A DNA stretch of 64,000 bases from Trypanosoma brucei (taxonomy: Eukaryota), in contig CP000070.1 in the NCBI GenBank assembly GCA_000002445.1, positions 1,984,001-2,048,000 on the forward strand, in the 5' to 3' direction. Positions 1-11,564 of this stretch are shown one piece after another (the first letter of the stretch is position 1; each line of letters begins with the position of its first letter). Below the pieces are notes generated by a model. That model saw nothing but the letters and a program-made list of their open reading frames with translations. It was not told the origin of the DNA and did no database searches. The position numbers and the translations under genes were made by a program.

Positions 1-244
1 CCTCAAAGCGCCCACTGGTGGTGAGGAAGGTGATATCCGGTGGACTGAAGGGATAGTCGTTGGAGAAACGGAGGACGCCGTGGTAAAGCCCTTCAGCGTA
101 TGGCGAGTCTGCCGGACCTAGAAGAGTAAAGTGCCACTCAAATATGTTGTCTTCGAGAGGAGCTGCATAGAACTCGCGCACGCGGGACTTGTCAAGTTGC
201 TCCTTTTCCCTTCCTAACCTCTGAATGGCCTTCTGTACGTTCAT
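1..244 (-). CDS. Ubiquitin-conjugating enzyme E2, UBC6/UBE2J-like; N-terminal part only, the gene continues past the left edge of the window
   Basis: Reverse-strand translation from the ATG at 244..242 gives MNVQKAIQRLGREKEQLDKSRVREFYAAPLEDNIFEWHFTLLGPADSPYAEGLYHGVLRFSNDYPFSPPDITFLTTSGRFE. This aligns with the UBC fold of UBE2J2/Ubc6: the [ST]QRLKQ..EP....EWH..[ILV].GP..[ST]PYEGG.YHG.L.FP..[YF]PF.PP.I...T..GRF motif. The ORF is absent from the supplied track because it has no stop inside the window. An in-frame ATG further upstream (382..380) would add a low-complexity leader and is less likely to be the start. Confidence 0.7.
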   Translation of the reverse strand, partial: MNVQKAIQRLGREKEQLDKSRVREFYAAPLEDNIFEWHFTLLGPADSPYAEGLYHGVLRFSNDYPFSPPDITFLTTSGRFE

Positions 245-2896
245 ATTTTCCCTTTCGTTTTTCTTCGCTGCAGTTGATGCAGAGGCTGATGTAGGGCGTG
301 CGACGTCGGTACTTACTTTAGTACGGTTGCGTGAACCTGCCCCCACACTCTTTTGGAAAAAGAAGAGAAATGACGCAACCATGAACGTATATTGAAGTGC
401 AGCAAAAACAGGCAACAACAACAAACAAAGGAAAGAGTTGGGAGCGAAGAAAAGTGTGACCCAGAGGCGAATCAATCAGAAAAAAAAATGGTGATATAAT
501 GAATGGGATTAAGGGCGGATGGCCATCCTTTCATCTTTCCTTTTCCCCTCTGCTGATATCCTTGAAGAGGTGTGTGGACGTATATATATATATATATATA
601 TATACATGTACGCGTTGCGTGATGGACATGATCTTTTCTCTATTCACCAGCTTATGTCACCCACATCTTTCAACTCTCTCCGCCCCTTTCTTTCCCGCTT
701 CCCTTTAGTAGCATTTCACGGTGTCGATAAATGAGCACCACCCCGCGTAACGGCTACAGGTGCATGTAGCACACATGCGGAGCGAGGGAATTAACCAAAA
801 AAAAAAGATAAAAAAAACATCGGGATGAATGAATGGACAAAATGCGTGGAAAGGGAAAGTAGCGTCATCCACGTAGACCACATCCCAACCCGACTCACTT
901 TGAATGACACTTTTGGGTTAAATAGAATAAATGTATGCATGTGTGTGTGTGGATAGACAACAACAACAACAAAGGAAACCGAAATGATACCAGAGAAGGG
1001 CAAATGACACTCATTGCGGTCGGTGCAAAGTAATAATAGTAATAACAATTAGAAGTGAAGGAAATCATAATATTCGAAGGCAAAACACAACCTGCGTGAA
1101 GGTACACGTTGCATGCAAGGTGTATTCCCACGCAGCGCAATACACACAAAACAAAACCCTTGACAGCTGGAGGTAAATACCTCCAACAGCGGCGTCCAAT
1201 AAACAAATCGAAGCGCCGTGAGCTCTCATTTTTTCACTCCTGAAATATTCACAATCCCTCCTTGCTTATCTAAACGTACCACCCACGAGACACACTAACC
1301 TTACATGAACATAAACCAACACCGCAGCTTTTGTTCCTCTCTTCTACTTCCTGTTCAGATCCTTTTAGCACGCCCATAAAACCTCAGCTTACTTGCGCGG
1401 TTTAGGGGTGACTTCACCTTCACCTTCACCTCTCCTTTAACTGACACTTCACACAATTCCCCATCTTTAATTAAACCAGTAAATGCTCATCTTCTTTCTG
1501 CACAAGCACATCTGGTGTTTATGTACATGTGTGTATTTATAAATGGGAGTATTTGCTGCTCAGCCGATCGGAGCCATTCCCTCTGCCGTCTCACACTTTT
1601 GAATGGACCTGCCTGGCGCTTGTTGAAGTTAAGATGATACCTCTTCTTCTTTCTTCTCCCCCTTTACTCTATTTACCCCTTCCCCGAGACAAAACTCAGT
1701 GGCTTCAATAAATCTCCCCCGCTCGGTACGACATTTTTCTTCGTTACACCAGCCAATCTCTAAGAGGACAGATGAGAAAATGGAGTGAAGCTACTGCAAG
1801 AACACGCATGTCGGTACGCTATTTCCATCACACGACAGTTAGCCCCGAAATATTTGTCATTACTGATGAAACACATAAGAAAGATGTAAAGCAGCAAGCA
1901 GTTTCGAATTCGGCATGGCAACATTTTTCTCCCCTCTTAGCTCATTATGCTCCTTTCGCCCTTATGGTGGACACAAGTCGCATTCACCACCGTGTAATGA
2001 CAGGGTGTTCAGGTAAGCGACGAGTGAACATGAGGAGGGAAACTATGGTATCGAGGAGCCGAAAGCATTAAACGGTGTCTATTTCATCAGCTTCTCGGCA
2101 TATTCACTCGAATACAACACATCACTTCCATTATTCCTGCATCCTTGGCTGCATTGCAATATTCACTTCTCACGCTTGCCCTAACCCCGTCACCGTCCCA
2201 GTAAAAATAGCAACAGTAAAAAAGGAATACAACTGAAGGCGAAATTCGGCGCCACAACGGCAAGCTACGAATCGGAAGAGGAAAAAAAAAAGCATGTGCG
2301 CATGTGAGGGGAAAGGGAGATAACTAATAATGCACTAGCACTACCCATCATTACTAAACACAACTACCTGAAGCGACGATCGCAGCAGGTATATGTGACA
2401 CGCAGCCTTCCTCTTATCTACATTCGGTGTTTTAGCGTTCCCTTTTCTTCCTTTCCTTTCCCTTCCCTTCCCTTCACTTAATCGTTCATTCGTTCCGCAC
2501 CAAAATGCCCTTCTCAGTTCTCCTCCTTATATTTTCCCTCTGCAGGTACCTTTCCCTCCCCGTCACGCCAACAATATCTGACAATGAGGATGGGAAGACA
2601 GAAAACAAACAAACAAACAAACAAACAAACGAAAAAGATATATTGATGAAAGGTGGGAAGCGTGCGTCTCTAGAGAGCTCAGAAAATTATCTCTCATCTG
2701 ACCCATGCCACTCATTCATTCCTACCCTTTCCACCCATCTCTCCTACTCTCTACTCGTCGCTGGCGACTCCTCTGTCGATCTAACGCAAGAAAGAACAAA
2801 AGAAAAAAAACTTCTTCAAAAAGAAAAAAACAAAACAACAAAATGAAACAACAACAACCCCCCGCAAGTTATATAAGGCGGGTTAGTTACTACTTG

Positions 2897-4963
2897 CTAT
2901 GAAGACGTTTTAGGCGCCACCTTTCCATTAGCCTCCGCTTCTTCGCGGGATCGACCATCTCCAATGGTAGACATGAGGTTGTGGTACTCGAGCAACTTCT
3001 GCGTCCGTCGCTGGTTCATTTCTTCCAGCTCCTTCACCGGGTGGACAAATTTCACACCGGACGCCAGCAACAGTTGTTCTGTGGGCTTGAAGTCTTCCAA
3101 CTGCTTCACAGCCTTCTGCCCAATAAGGTCAATTTGTTGCTGCATAGTTTCCTTCACCTCAAGAAGGTCTTTCTTGGCCTTACTGAACTCCTTCGCTTTA
3201 GGGTTGAAGGTGTCCATGGCAAGTTCCTGCTGCACGTGATAGTACTCAATGCGTTTGTCCAACTCCTCCAAGTGCCGTTCTTTTTTGTATTTAAGTTCGC
3301 CAAGCGTGAGGTAGAGCCCACGAAAGTGTGACAGGCGCTCCTTGCGCACTTCAAGCAGTTGCTCATCAGCCTCACGCTGCACCATATCCTGGAGATACTT
3401 GCCAAGATGATGGTACGATGAACGCACCACCTCAAGCACCCTCTCGCCACATGAAAGGCTTTGATCGAGGTTTTCAATAGTTTTGCGGAGCTTCTGCTCA
3501 TGCTGAGCCGCAAACAACATGAAACTCGCTGCGTCCTCCGAGCGTTGTTGCTCCTGGGCAGCCACCTCCAGCCGGTCTTCCACCAGTATGGCTCTCTCTT
3601 CCGAGAGATATTTGAGTCGCTGCTCCAATTCCTCAATAGCCCGCAGGCAGTTTTCCTGCTGCTGTTCGTTGTGACGGAACATCTTATCCCATTCAGCAAG
3701 GTACACTTTGAAGGTGGAAGTCTGCTTTGTTCGCGCAGCCATAATTTCCTCACGACGTGCGAGGAGCCGCTCCAAGTCCGTTTTCCCCCTCCTTCGTACC
3801 TGCTTCTCCCGATCCAACACTTTTGGTGCCTGTTTTGTGCTCAGCTCCTTTACAAGTGACCGCAGCTCCTTCGATGGCTCGTCCACAGAAGCCCGCTTGC
3901 TTTCCTCTATTGCTGCCTCCAACTCATCATATATGGGCCGCATGCTCTCCAGCAGGGCAGTCTTCTCAAAGTATAGTTGTTCAGAGCGTACCATATCACC
4001 ATCTGTCACCGCGTCCTCCTGTTCACGCTGCTTCTCCTCCACATCAAAGGCCACACGACGCAGGCGCTCACGTGGCCCTTCCATTATTTTTTCTAGTGGC
4101 TTTGTTTGAAGGCACTCGTTGGTCAGTCGCACGAGCGGCTGAACCCAACAGGCCCACTCTGCAACATCATTGGCGGAATTCGAGCAGGACCCATATCCCC
4201 CTTCTAATTCCTGAAGTGACTCCTCCAGTGTTTCAGTCAGATTCTTTACCAGCGTTGTTAGGCTATTTGCCCCCACGTTACCCCTCTGAGCAACGGAGAG
4301 AACCTTGTTGTAGGTCGGTATGTTGCGCAACTCCTTCGCACTAGCTAGCGCCCGTTGTAGTGGAGCAATCCGTCTCCGTATGGCCTCCTGCGCCGGTCCG
4401 GCAGCGGTTCCGCCAGCCTCCCCACCGGTGCTATCGCCACCTTTCGAAGCCGAGTTATGGTTTCTGCTGCCGCTGTTGTCATTTTCCTTTTTGGAAGTGT
4501 TTGCGGGGGCGTCCGACATGACCATATCCCCTAATGCTAGCTCTAGACCACATTCCTTACGAAACGACTCTGCGTATGCCTCGGCCATGCAGTTAATCAT
4601 GTTGAGTTGCTCCACCGTGATGGGCCCGTCCTTCGCACTCGGCGTTCCTGTGCCGCTGCCCTCCTGTGATGCTGTTGCAGTTTTCATGTTGGCCGCATAC
4701 GTTTGAGCCAATTCCTCAAATAATTTCACAATGCGTGCGCCGCTATCACGCAGTGCTGTGCGACGCGCTTGCGCCAAGGCAACATTGTTTGTGGTGACAG
4801 CACAGGCATCCAATACGGCTTCCCGTTGCAGAAATGTTTTCCGCGTCGCAGCGACACTCCCAGCGAAGGTCAAAGATGTGGGGACGGTGTTTGAAGGAGT
4901 TGTGGAGGAGCTGCCGTTACCATTAAGGGAGGTACCACCCTCATGACCACTCTTTTTGGTCAT
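2897..4963 (-). CDS. Hypothetical coiled-coil protein (688 aa); a Ser/Gly/Thr-rich N-terminus followed by long heptad-like, charged (E/K/R/Q/L-rich) segments
   Basis: Long uninterrupted ORF with coding-like composition. The C-terminal ~400 aa are rich in E/K/R/L/Q, typical of coiled coils. I recognise no specific family. Confidence 0.6.
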   Translation of the reverse strand: MTKKSGHEGGTSLNGNGSSSTTPSNTVPTSLTFAGSVAATRKTFLQREAVLDACAVTTNNVALAQARRTALRDSGARIVKLFEELAQTYAANMKTATASQEGSGTGTPSAKDGPITVEQLNMINCMAEAYAESFRKECGLELALGDMVMSDAPANTSKKENDNSGSRNHNSASKGGDSTGGEAGGTAAGPAQEAIRRRIAPLQRALASAKELRNIPTYNKVLSVAQRGNVGANSLTTLVKNLTETLEESLQELEGGYGSCSNSANDVAEWACWVQPLVRLTNECLQTKPLEKIMEGPRERLRRVAFDVEEKQREQEDAVTDGDMVRSEQLYFEKTALLESMRPIYDELEAAIEESKRASVDEPSKELRSLVKELSTKQAPKVLDREKQVRRRGKTDLERLLARREEIMAARTKQTSTFKVYLAEWDKMFRHNEQQQENCLRAIEELEQRLKYLSEERAILVEDRLEVAAQEQQRSEDAASFMLFAAQHEQKLRKTIENLDQSLSCGERVLEVVRSSYHHLGKYLQDMVQREADEQLLEVRKERLSHFRGLYLTLGELKYKKERHLEELDKRIEYYHVQQELAMDTFNPKAKEFSKAKKDLLEVKETMQQQIDLIGQKAVKQLEDFKPTEQLLLASGVKFVHPVKELEEMNQRRTQKLLEYHNLMSTIGDGRSREEAEANGKVAPKTSS

Positions 4964-6059
4964 TGTGTAGTGCTAAATGAAATGCTGACCCGCGTAAGGT
5001 GATACCGGGTGTACTGTTCGTCGATAGGAAGCACACAAAACTCCTCGGAGGAGGACACCTCACACACACGCGCAAACACGCACACAAGGAATAACGAACT
5101 TTTCCCTAAGAATACGCCTCTCCAGTTGCCGTGACTAAATAACAGGAGACCAGCAATACTACAGGTATATATATATATATATATCTGCTTGTATATACGC
5201 GTCTATATGTTAGCACGAGGACTCACTCAGTTTTCTTTTTCGCGACGCTCCCTCGTCTTCCTCTTAACACTTGTTTCGCCCCTTTGTTTTATCGATGTAT
5301 GTTTTCTTTTCTTCTACCTTGCTACCTTCGCTTTTGCCTTTACCTTTTCTTTTAGCGGTGAATGTGCACAGGTCCGTGCGTAAGTTGTGCCTTGGTCAGT
5401 GTCGTGCTCAACTGGGGCCGCTTGGATGAGAGAATAAAGCACATGAGGAAGGGGACAGTGAAGCGGATTTAATATATTGTGAGATAAAGAGGGGAAAACA
5501 AAGGGTAATGATTCAACTGCGGGCTGAACAGTACAACCTGCAACAACGCCAGTACGAACTAACGACGTAACGGATGCAAAAGTACAAAAAAGCGGGAGGA
5601 AACGTATCTGTTCGCGGTAACAGTGTTTGTGCGGGGCACAGTCTTAAGTGACACTTGCTCCAAAAGTTAACATTATGCATGACAAGTAAACGAGTTATTC
5701 AACACCACTTCCCCGCACAATAACAAAAAGTTCTTTCCTCTACTTATTTCCCCCCCTCATTATTCTTCATAAATCCCTTAACAAACATATAATTTTCTGA
5801 ATCTTCACAAGAAGCTATGCCTCTTCCCTCGCCGCCACCCTTCATCCCCTCACACACACAAAGAGTCAAACGTTGCGTACGCGATTGGAATGCCAGAAGA
5901 GAGCAAAGCAAAAAGGAGGCCTATCGAAACCAAAGCAGACGCCGAATAAACGAGGCTAACCAACACAAGAGAACAACAACCAAGAAGACACAGAAGGTAT
6001 CCATATTATTTATTTCACTACTTTCCCTGCATTGCTTCACTCACCCATTTTTTACACCT

Positions 6060-9000
6060 TTAGGGTGGTAGTGCCACCAACGCCCGTTGTTTCGCCACGA
6101 GTTCCCCCAACGTGGGCCACACTCGCTTGGGTAGCGACAAGACATTCCTCTGAGCCGCTTCCGCTCGCTCCTTTTGTGCAAGCGCCGCCTCCATCTCGCT
6201 TCGTGCTTCCGTGGAGAAGAGTGATGTGGAGGAATGAAGAAGAAGTTGCGCATAATCTCCTTCAATCACATGGTGCACAACAGATGTGAAAGCAGCCGGA
6301 GAAGTGGAGAGACGAGCCGCTGCATTATAGACTGGCTGACCGCTGCCACCCTGCAATGGGCAACGCACATGACTAGCGATGAGTGGTTGAAGATGGGCGG
6401 CCAGCGCGGCGTCCTCCTCACGCACAAAAGGCGTATAAGCACCAACTGCACCAAGTGTGGTTGCGTAAAAGAGAATACGTAGCGCCAGCGTTGGATCTGT
6501 ACCGTCACTTGGGTCATAGTCGTGTACGCGCAGTGATGTAACCAACTGCCCTGCACGATGGAAGGCGATTTCTTCCAGCAGTTGCTCACTTGCAGCGTAC
6601 CGTTCAGCTTCCACGAGCTCGATGTCCGTCATATTTTGGACCGGTTCGGCAAACCCAAGTCGGGCATCCTGTGGGAGTCGAAGGAAGACAACATTTCCAA
6701 AGCGATCTCCTGCAGCGATTGTTCGTTCATCCAGGCACGCGACGCAGGTGATGCTTCGCGGCACGGCGTCACGTGCAATTAGCATGAGGAATGACATGGA
6801 CCCCACTGAACCACTCGAAGTTCCAGGCTGAACTGTTGCGATAAACACAGACTGGTCTACCGTACCACACACAATGAGAAGGCGCCGCTCCCTAACGATG
6901 TTGGTGCTGTTCGGTCCACAGCGGTAGAGATCGGCAGCGTACGTTGTCGACCCCGGTGTCGTCGCTGCTGTCGTCCCAGACGAAGATGATACAACATTAG
7001 GTGGTGTGGCGAAAACCGTCTCAATGGAGGTTATACGACTCGGCACGTTTGGCAGCCGTCGCTTTCGTAGGAATCGGCGTTGGCCCCATGCATACACGTG
7101 TAACCCACTCGCTGCACCCATGCCTACAAATAGAAGGCCCACGTCCGCACATATGTGTAGAGCTGAGGGATAGTCCGTGATGGCGCCGCCCACCCCTTTG
7201 GATTGAGGAGCTGTGGGCTGATCTCCATATTGAGTGGCCGTGTTGTCATCGTTTCCATCCTCTTCGAATCCTGTGGAGGATGCCGCAATGACAGCGATGG
7301 GGGTGTCGTGTAGCTGCTCCAGTCGTAAGGAAGGTCCACTGCTGCCACTGGGTCCTGAGGCACCACTTACCACAAATCGAAAGGCACGGAGTCGGCCTTG
7401 GGTCCACGACGCCCCAACACCAAGTCCACTGCCGTGTGTGAAATGTTCAGCGCACCCTAACACCACCACCGGCTCGCGACCAAAGTCCTTTACGAAACTT
7501 CCTACGGCCGCGGAAAGAACCGCCTCACCTTCCTGGAAATAAATGGGTGGGTCCAACCTATCGGTACGTCGATTGTATAACTGTAGAGTACTCACATAGT
7601 AGTTCGGGTGATTCAAGGAGCGCTGTGGTTTGTCCAGTGGGATGCCGCCTGCGCCCGCTGACAATTCGGGACGGCCATCAGCCGCGGCACCACTCCCACT
7701 GCTACTGCCATCCTTGTACCGCGCAGCTGACGCAGCACGGCGGAGGGCGGCTACGCCATAGCCGCGATGTTCTGTCCCGATCACCAATAAACATTCCGGT
7801 CTCGTCGGGTGCTGCAGCAAGCGGCGCCCGGCCACTGGAAGGGACGTATAACTAAAACTGTACTCCAAACCCGTCTCTGCAGCTGTAGAGGCTACACCAG
7901 CAGCGAAGAGGGAGAGTGTATTTCCTGCAACCCCAAGCACCAGTTCCTCACGTGCCGCCGTTACTACTCCCGACTCTATGTTTGATCCGGATCCTGAACC
8001 GGCCGTTGCAACCGGTGGTGCAGGGCGGCGAAAGGCAGCATACATTGCCTGCGGCGTAGGGAAGCGCCATGGGACGGTTTTTGGCATTCCGTCTCGTACG
8101 TCACAGCGCCAGTTGAATTCCCCGCATAGAATGTAGCACACCCGCTCACCATCACCTGCGATCATCTGGCACGGTGCAGTGCCGCACGTCAGCACGGCGC
8201 GGTTGATTACCTTGTAGGTGATGTGGTCAAGCTCGCAACGTGTCACCGTGCCATCAATGTGACCAATAAAGCAAAAGAGGCGGCGCGCTCCACCTTTTCG
8301 ACCGAGGTATGTAAGCAGCACAGAGGTAATAGCCGGAGCTGCATCGCCGGCAGTTGCACTGGTTCCACAATTATCCCTGTCATCCACAGAGGTGCAGCGG
8401 ATGGTCTCAAGAGGCTCCCGCAGTTTTTTGGGGCTGACAATATACACTTCTTGGCTTACTGTCGCGATGGCTGCTAACGTTAAAGGTTGGGATAGTGAAG
8501 TTAGGGTCCGTGCACTAAACATATTTGCCTCACCATCGGGATCACGTAGGAGTGATACTGCCGGTGCGTGCGGGAATGTAGGCAGCATCTCTAGCTGCTG
8601 CAACCGTGATCCACTTATTCCCATATCAAAACTGGCGATTCCACCAGCTTGCGTGAAGGAGACCACCATCGTGTTTCCAGAGATGTCTGCCGCAAGAATT
8701 CGTTTCCCGTGCGGGTGCATCCATGTGACCCCCTCAGCCATCGGTGTTGCCATTGCCGGCTGCTGGTAGTGCGACCCAACGCTGTCACCGTGGTGTGGGA
8801 GCACAAGGATACAGGTCGGAGTTATTTGCACATAGCCAACTCCATAACGTAAAGTACCTGCAGCTATGGTGTGCTCGGATGTTATAAAGCCCGAAAGAGT
8901 GTCCGGCTCCACCTGCTTGCCGAGGCCAAGTGAGAGCACGGTGGTGCCCTGTCGAGTGGAAAGTAGCAGCTTGTCATCACAGACGGAAGTGTGGGTGGAA

Positions 9001-11564
9001 TGATAACTTCGCTTCTTGGAGGAATGCCGCTTACCGCTGGCGCTACTGTTGTCAACACCCAAAAACGCGGCCGACCTCGCGGTTTCGTGTTGCAGTTCGA
9101 GCCACTGTGCCTGCATCCCGGTAGCCGAGGCCAGGGGCATTAAGTGCGTGAAAACCGCTTGTAGGGTGAATGAACTCTCCAAACGCGCTGCGTATCCGTA
9201 TCGCGCATGGAAAAGAACGCTATCTGATCCCCTGCCTACAACAGCGTCGATCTGCACCTGCGGTTGCTTTTGCTGCCCTTGTGGAATGCCTACGATAAGG
9301 GAAGCGACCGGAGGTGTGTTGGGGTAGCTCTTCAGCAGCACCATATGCCGCAGGGTTTGATGGGGGTGAAAGAGCGGCACCACCCGACTGTTTGGCTGTT
9401 GTTTCCGTAGAAGCACTGATGGTGCTGGTGGGACGGCAAGGCCTTTCGCAGGAAGCGCCGGGGGTGGCATGGCACCCGTTGCATCGTTACGGCGGCCCAT
9501 GCCACCGTTTACGACACTTGAGTCAGAAGCAGTGCGATCTCCCGTGTTTGACTTGTCCGCACCGTTGGTTGAGCCATCGCCGTTTGCAGTTTCACCGCTC
9601 GGGTCACCGCCATTGTTATTGCCGCCAGTATCACCGTTTCCCTCCTTCGCATCTTCTAAAGGCTTATCCCTTTGTCGTGTTTCGTCGACACGAGATTGTT
9701 CCACCATTCGCATTCTGGACAAGATATACTCGGCGTCGGACCCATACCCATCTTTAATAATTTTATACAGACCATGTGTTGGAGCCGATTCACTTCCGGC
9801 AAACACAAAACCACGACGGAACAGCGCCATAGCGGTCGTAGGAGGTATCGTGTCAAAGTATGTCACAACAAGCGGTGATGGCACGGTAATGGCGGGCACT
9901 GCCGCCTCAGCCGCATCCAACACCCCTCGATTGCGTCGCAGCTGTTGCTGCTTCTGTTGCGCTGCGCGAAGGGCGTCATAGGAACGCTGAACATCCAACA
10001 ACGTTAGGCTCACGCGAAACATATCACCCTGGTCGTCCTGTAACAGCATAAAGAAATCGTTACGCACGCATGTGCTGGCGTGAGAAACAATCATCGGGTC
10101 GTACAGCTGCTCCCGAAAGTCGGCCCGCCGTGGGAATGGGGCGGCGGTTTTGAACAGGGCCAACGGTCCCAGTCCGCCGTGTTGTTGTGCACTAGAGCTC
10201 GACGTCAAATCACCGCCTTTCCCGTCGCGCAATCCACTACCGTGCACCTGAGGAAGAACGTCATACCAAATGATTTCCGCGTCGGTGCACACTAGAACAC
10301 CCCCAGGGCCGAAAGGGGTTGCCGGTACGGCCACTAACCGATGAGCAGTTGCTGGCACAGGCACGAGATGTGTTCGTTGCACCTGCTGCAGCCCAGAGGC
10401 AAAAGCATACACGACAAGCTGTTTCACTTTAGCGCTGCTGTTTGCACCACCGCCCTGCAAGGCGGAACGGTTGACACGCAAATATGCCTGCCCTGCAACA
10501 CCACCAACCACAGGCGGGGGTGATGCTGCAGCTCCTGTCCCCCCACCAGCGTTCACCTCCGGCAGCTCTTGCTCCAAGGCAGCGAACGTAGCGTTTTCTG
10601 TGGCGCCATCCAGAGCGCAAATGGAGTAAATCATTGTTTGCCGGTGGGCTTCCACCGGAGATCCAAATGAAATGATGTCTCTTACCGTCGCTTTCTTCCG
10701 TTGCGACAGCTCACCAGCACTATTGTCCACAGTGTTTTCATCATTCGCACCAATGTTTCCAACAGCAGTAACATCCCCCATGAGCAACACGTTGGGATCG
10801 CCCTCATCGTTAAGCAACCCACCACCCATCATACGGTTGTTGATGCGTTCCGTGTAGTATTCCTCATGCTTACGTAGCGGCACCACAATCTTCTGTCTCA
10901 TCAGCGCCGCCACAAAGACGGCTCTACCAAGTGGATCCACCGCTAGACGTGCGCCCGGCACGGTCAGTCGGGCTCCACTTCGTCCGAGGTCCACTTCACT
11001 CACGCGAACAAACCTTCCCCGTAGAGAGGTCACCTGGCTGTGCTCGGTGGATGCAGTGCCTGGAATGTCATTCTTACTACTATCCGTCGGGTCATGCATT
11101 AGACGAGTTGGAATTGGTAATTCGTCCAAATCATAACGCAACAAAACCATTGTTCCCGTCTCTGAGGTGATGGCCAACCGCTGTAGAGCCGAGCTTCCAC
11201 CGCTGGCCTGATCTCGACGGGAACTGGGATGGGAGTCAAGGATGCCGCCACCACGGTTCGCTGAGGATTGCCCCACTGCCTCGGAAACTGTCGGTACGGT
11301 GGCAACTTGATTAATGTTGGTGAAGAGCCGCGTGCTGTGAACACACTCAGCGGTGTTCTGGTTTACATGCAGGGTCCACAACTCAAGGGTATCATGACGC
11401 ACTACCACAAAATCACTAGCTCCGGGAAGCGTGAAGGTGCCAACTACGCAGTGTGTGATTTTCTGCGTGGGTATAATGGTTTGATGGTATATAAGGTTCA
11501 TATTTGTGCTGGCCTGACGTGAACCCGAGCCCATGGCCGCACTGCCTGCAGGTCGTGCAGCCAT
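6060..11564 (-). CDS. SF3B3: Splicing factor 3b subunit 3 (SF3B3/SAP130/Rse1) homolog, CPSF-A/DDB1 beta-propeller family, with lineage-specific insertions (1834 aa)
   Basis: Several blocks line up with human SF3B3: [27 protein letters not shown] against [60 protein letters not shown] against [47 protein letters not shown] against AGADKFGNICVVRLP; and C-terminal [10 protein letters not shown] against VIDGDLCEQF. The N-terminus matches the 'IYHQTI...THCVVGTFT' beta-propeller start of CPSF-A family proteins. Family assignment is firm. The choice of SF3B3 over CPSF160 or DDB1 rests on these block matches recalled from memory. Confidence 0.75.
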   Translation of the reverse strand: [1834 protein letters not shown]

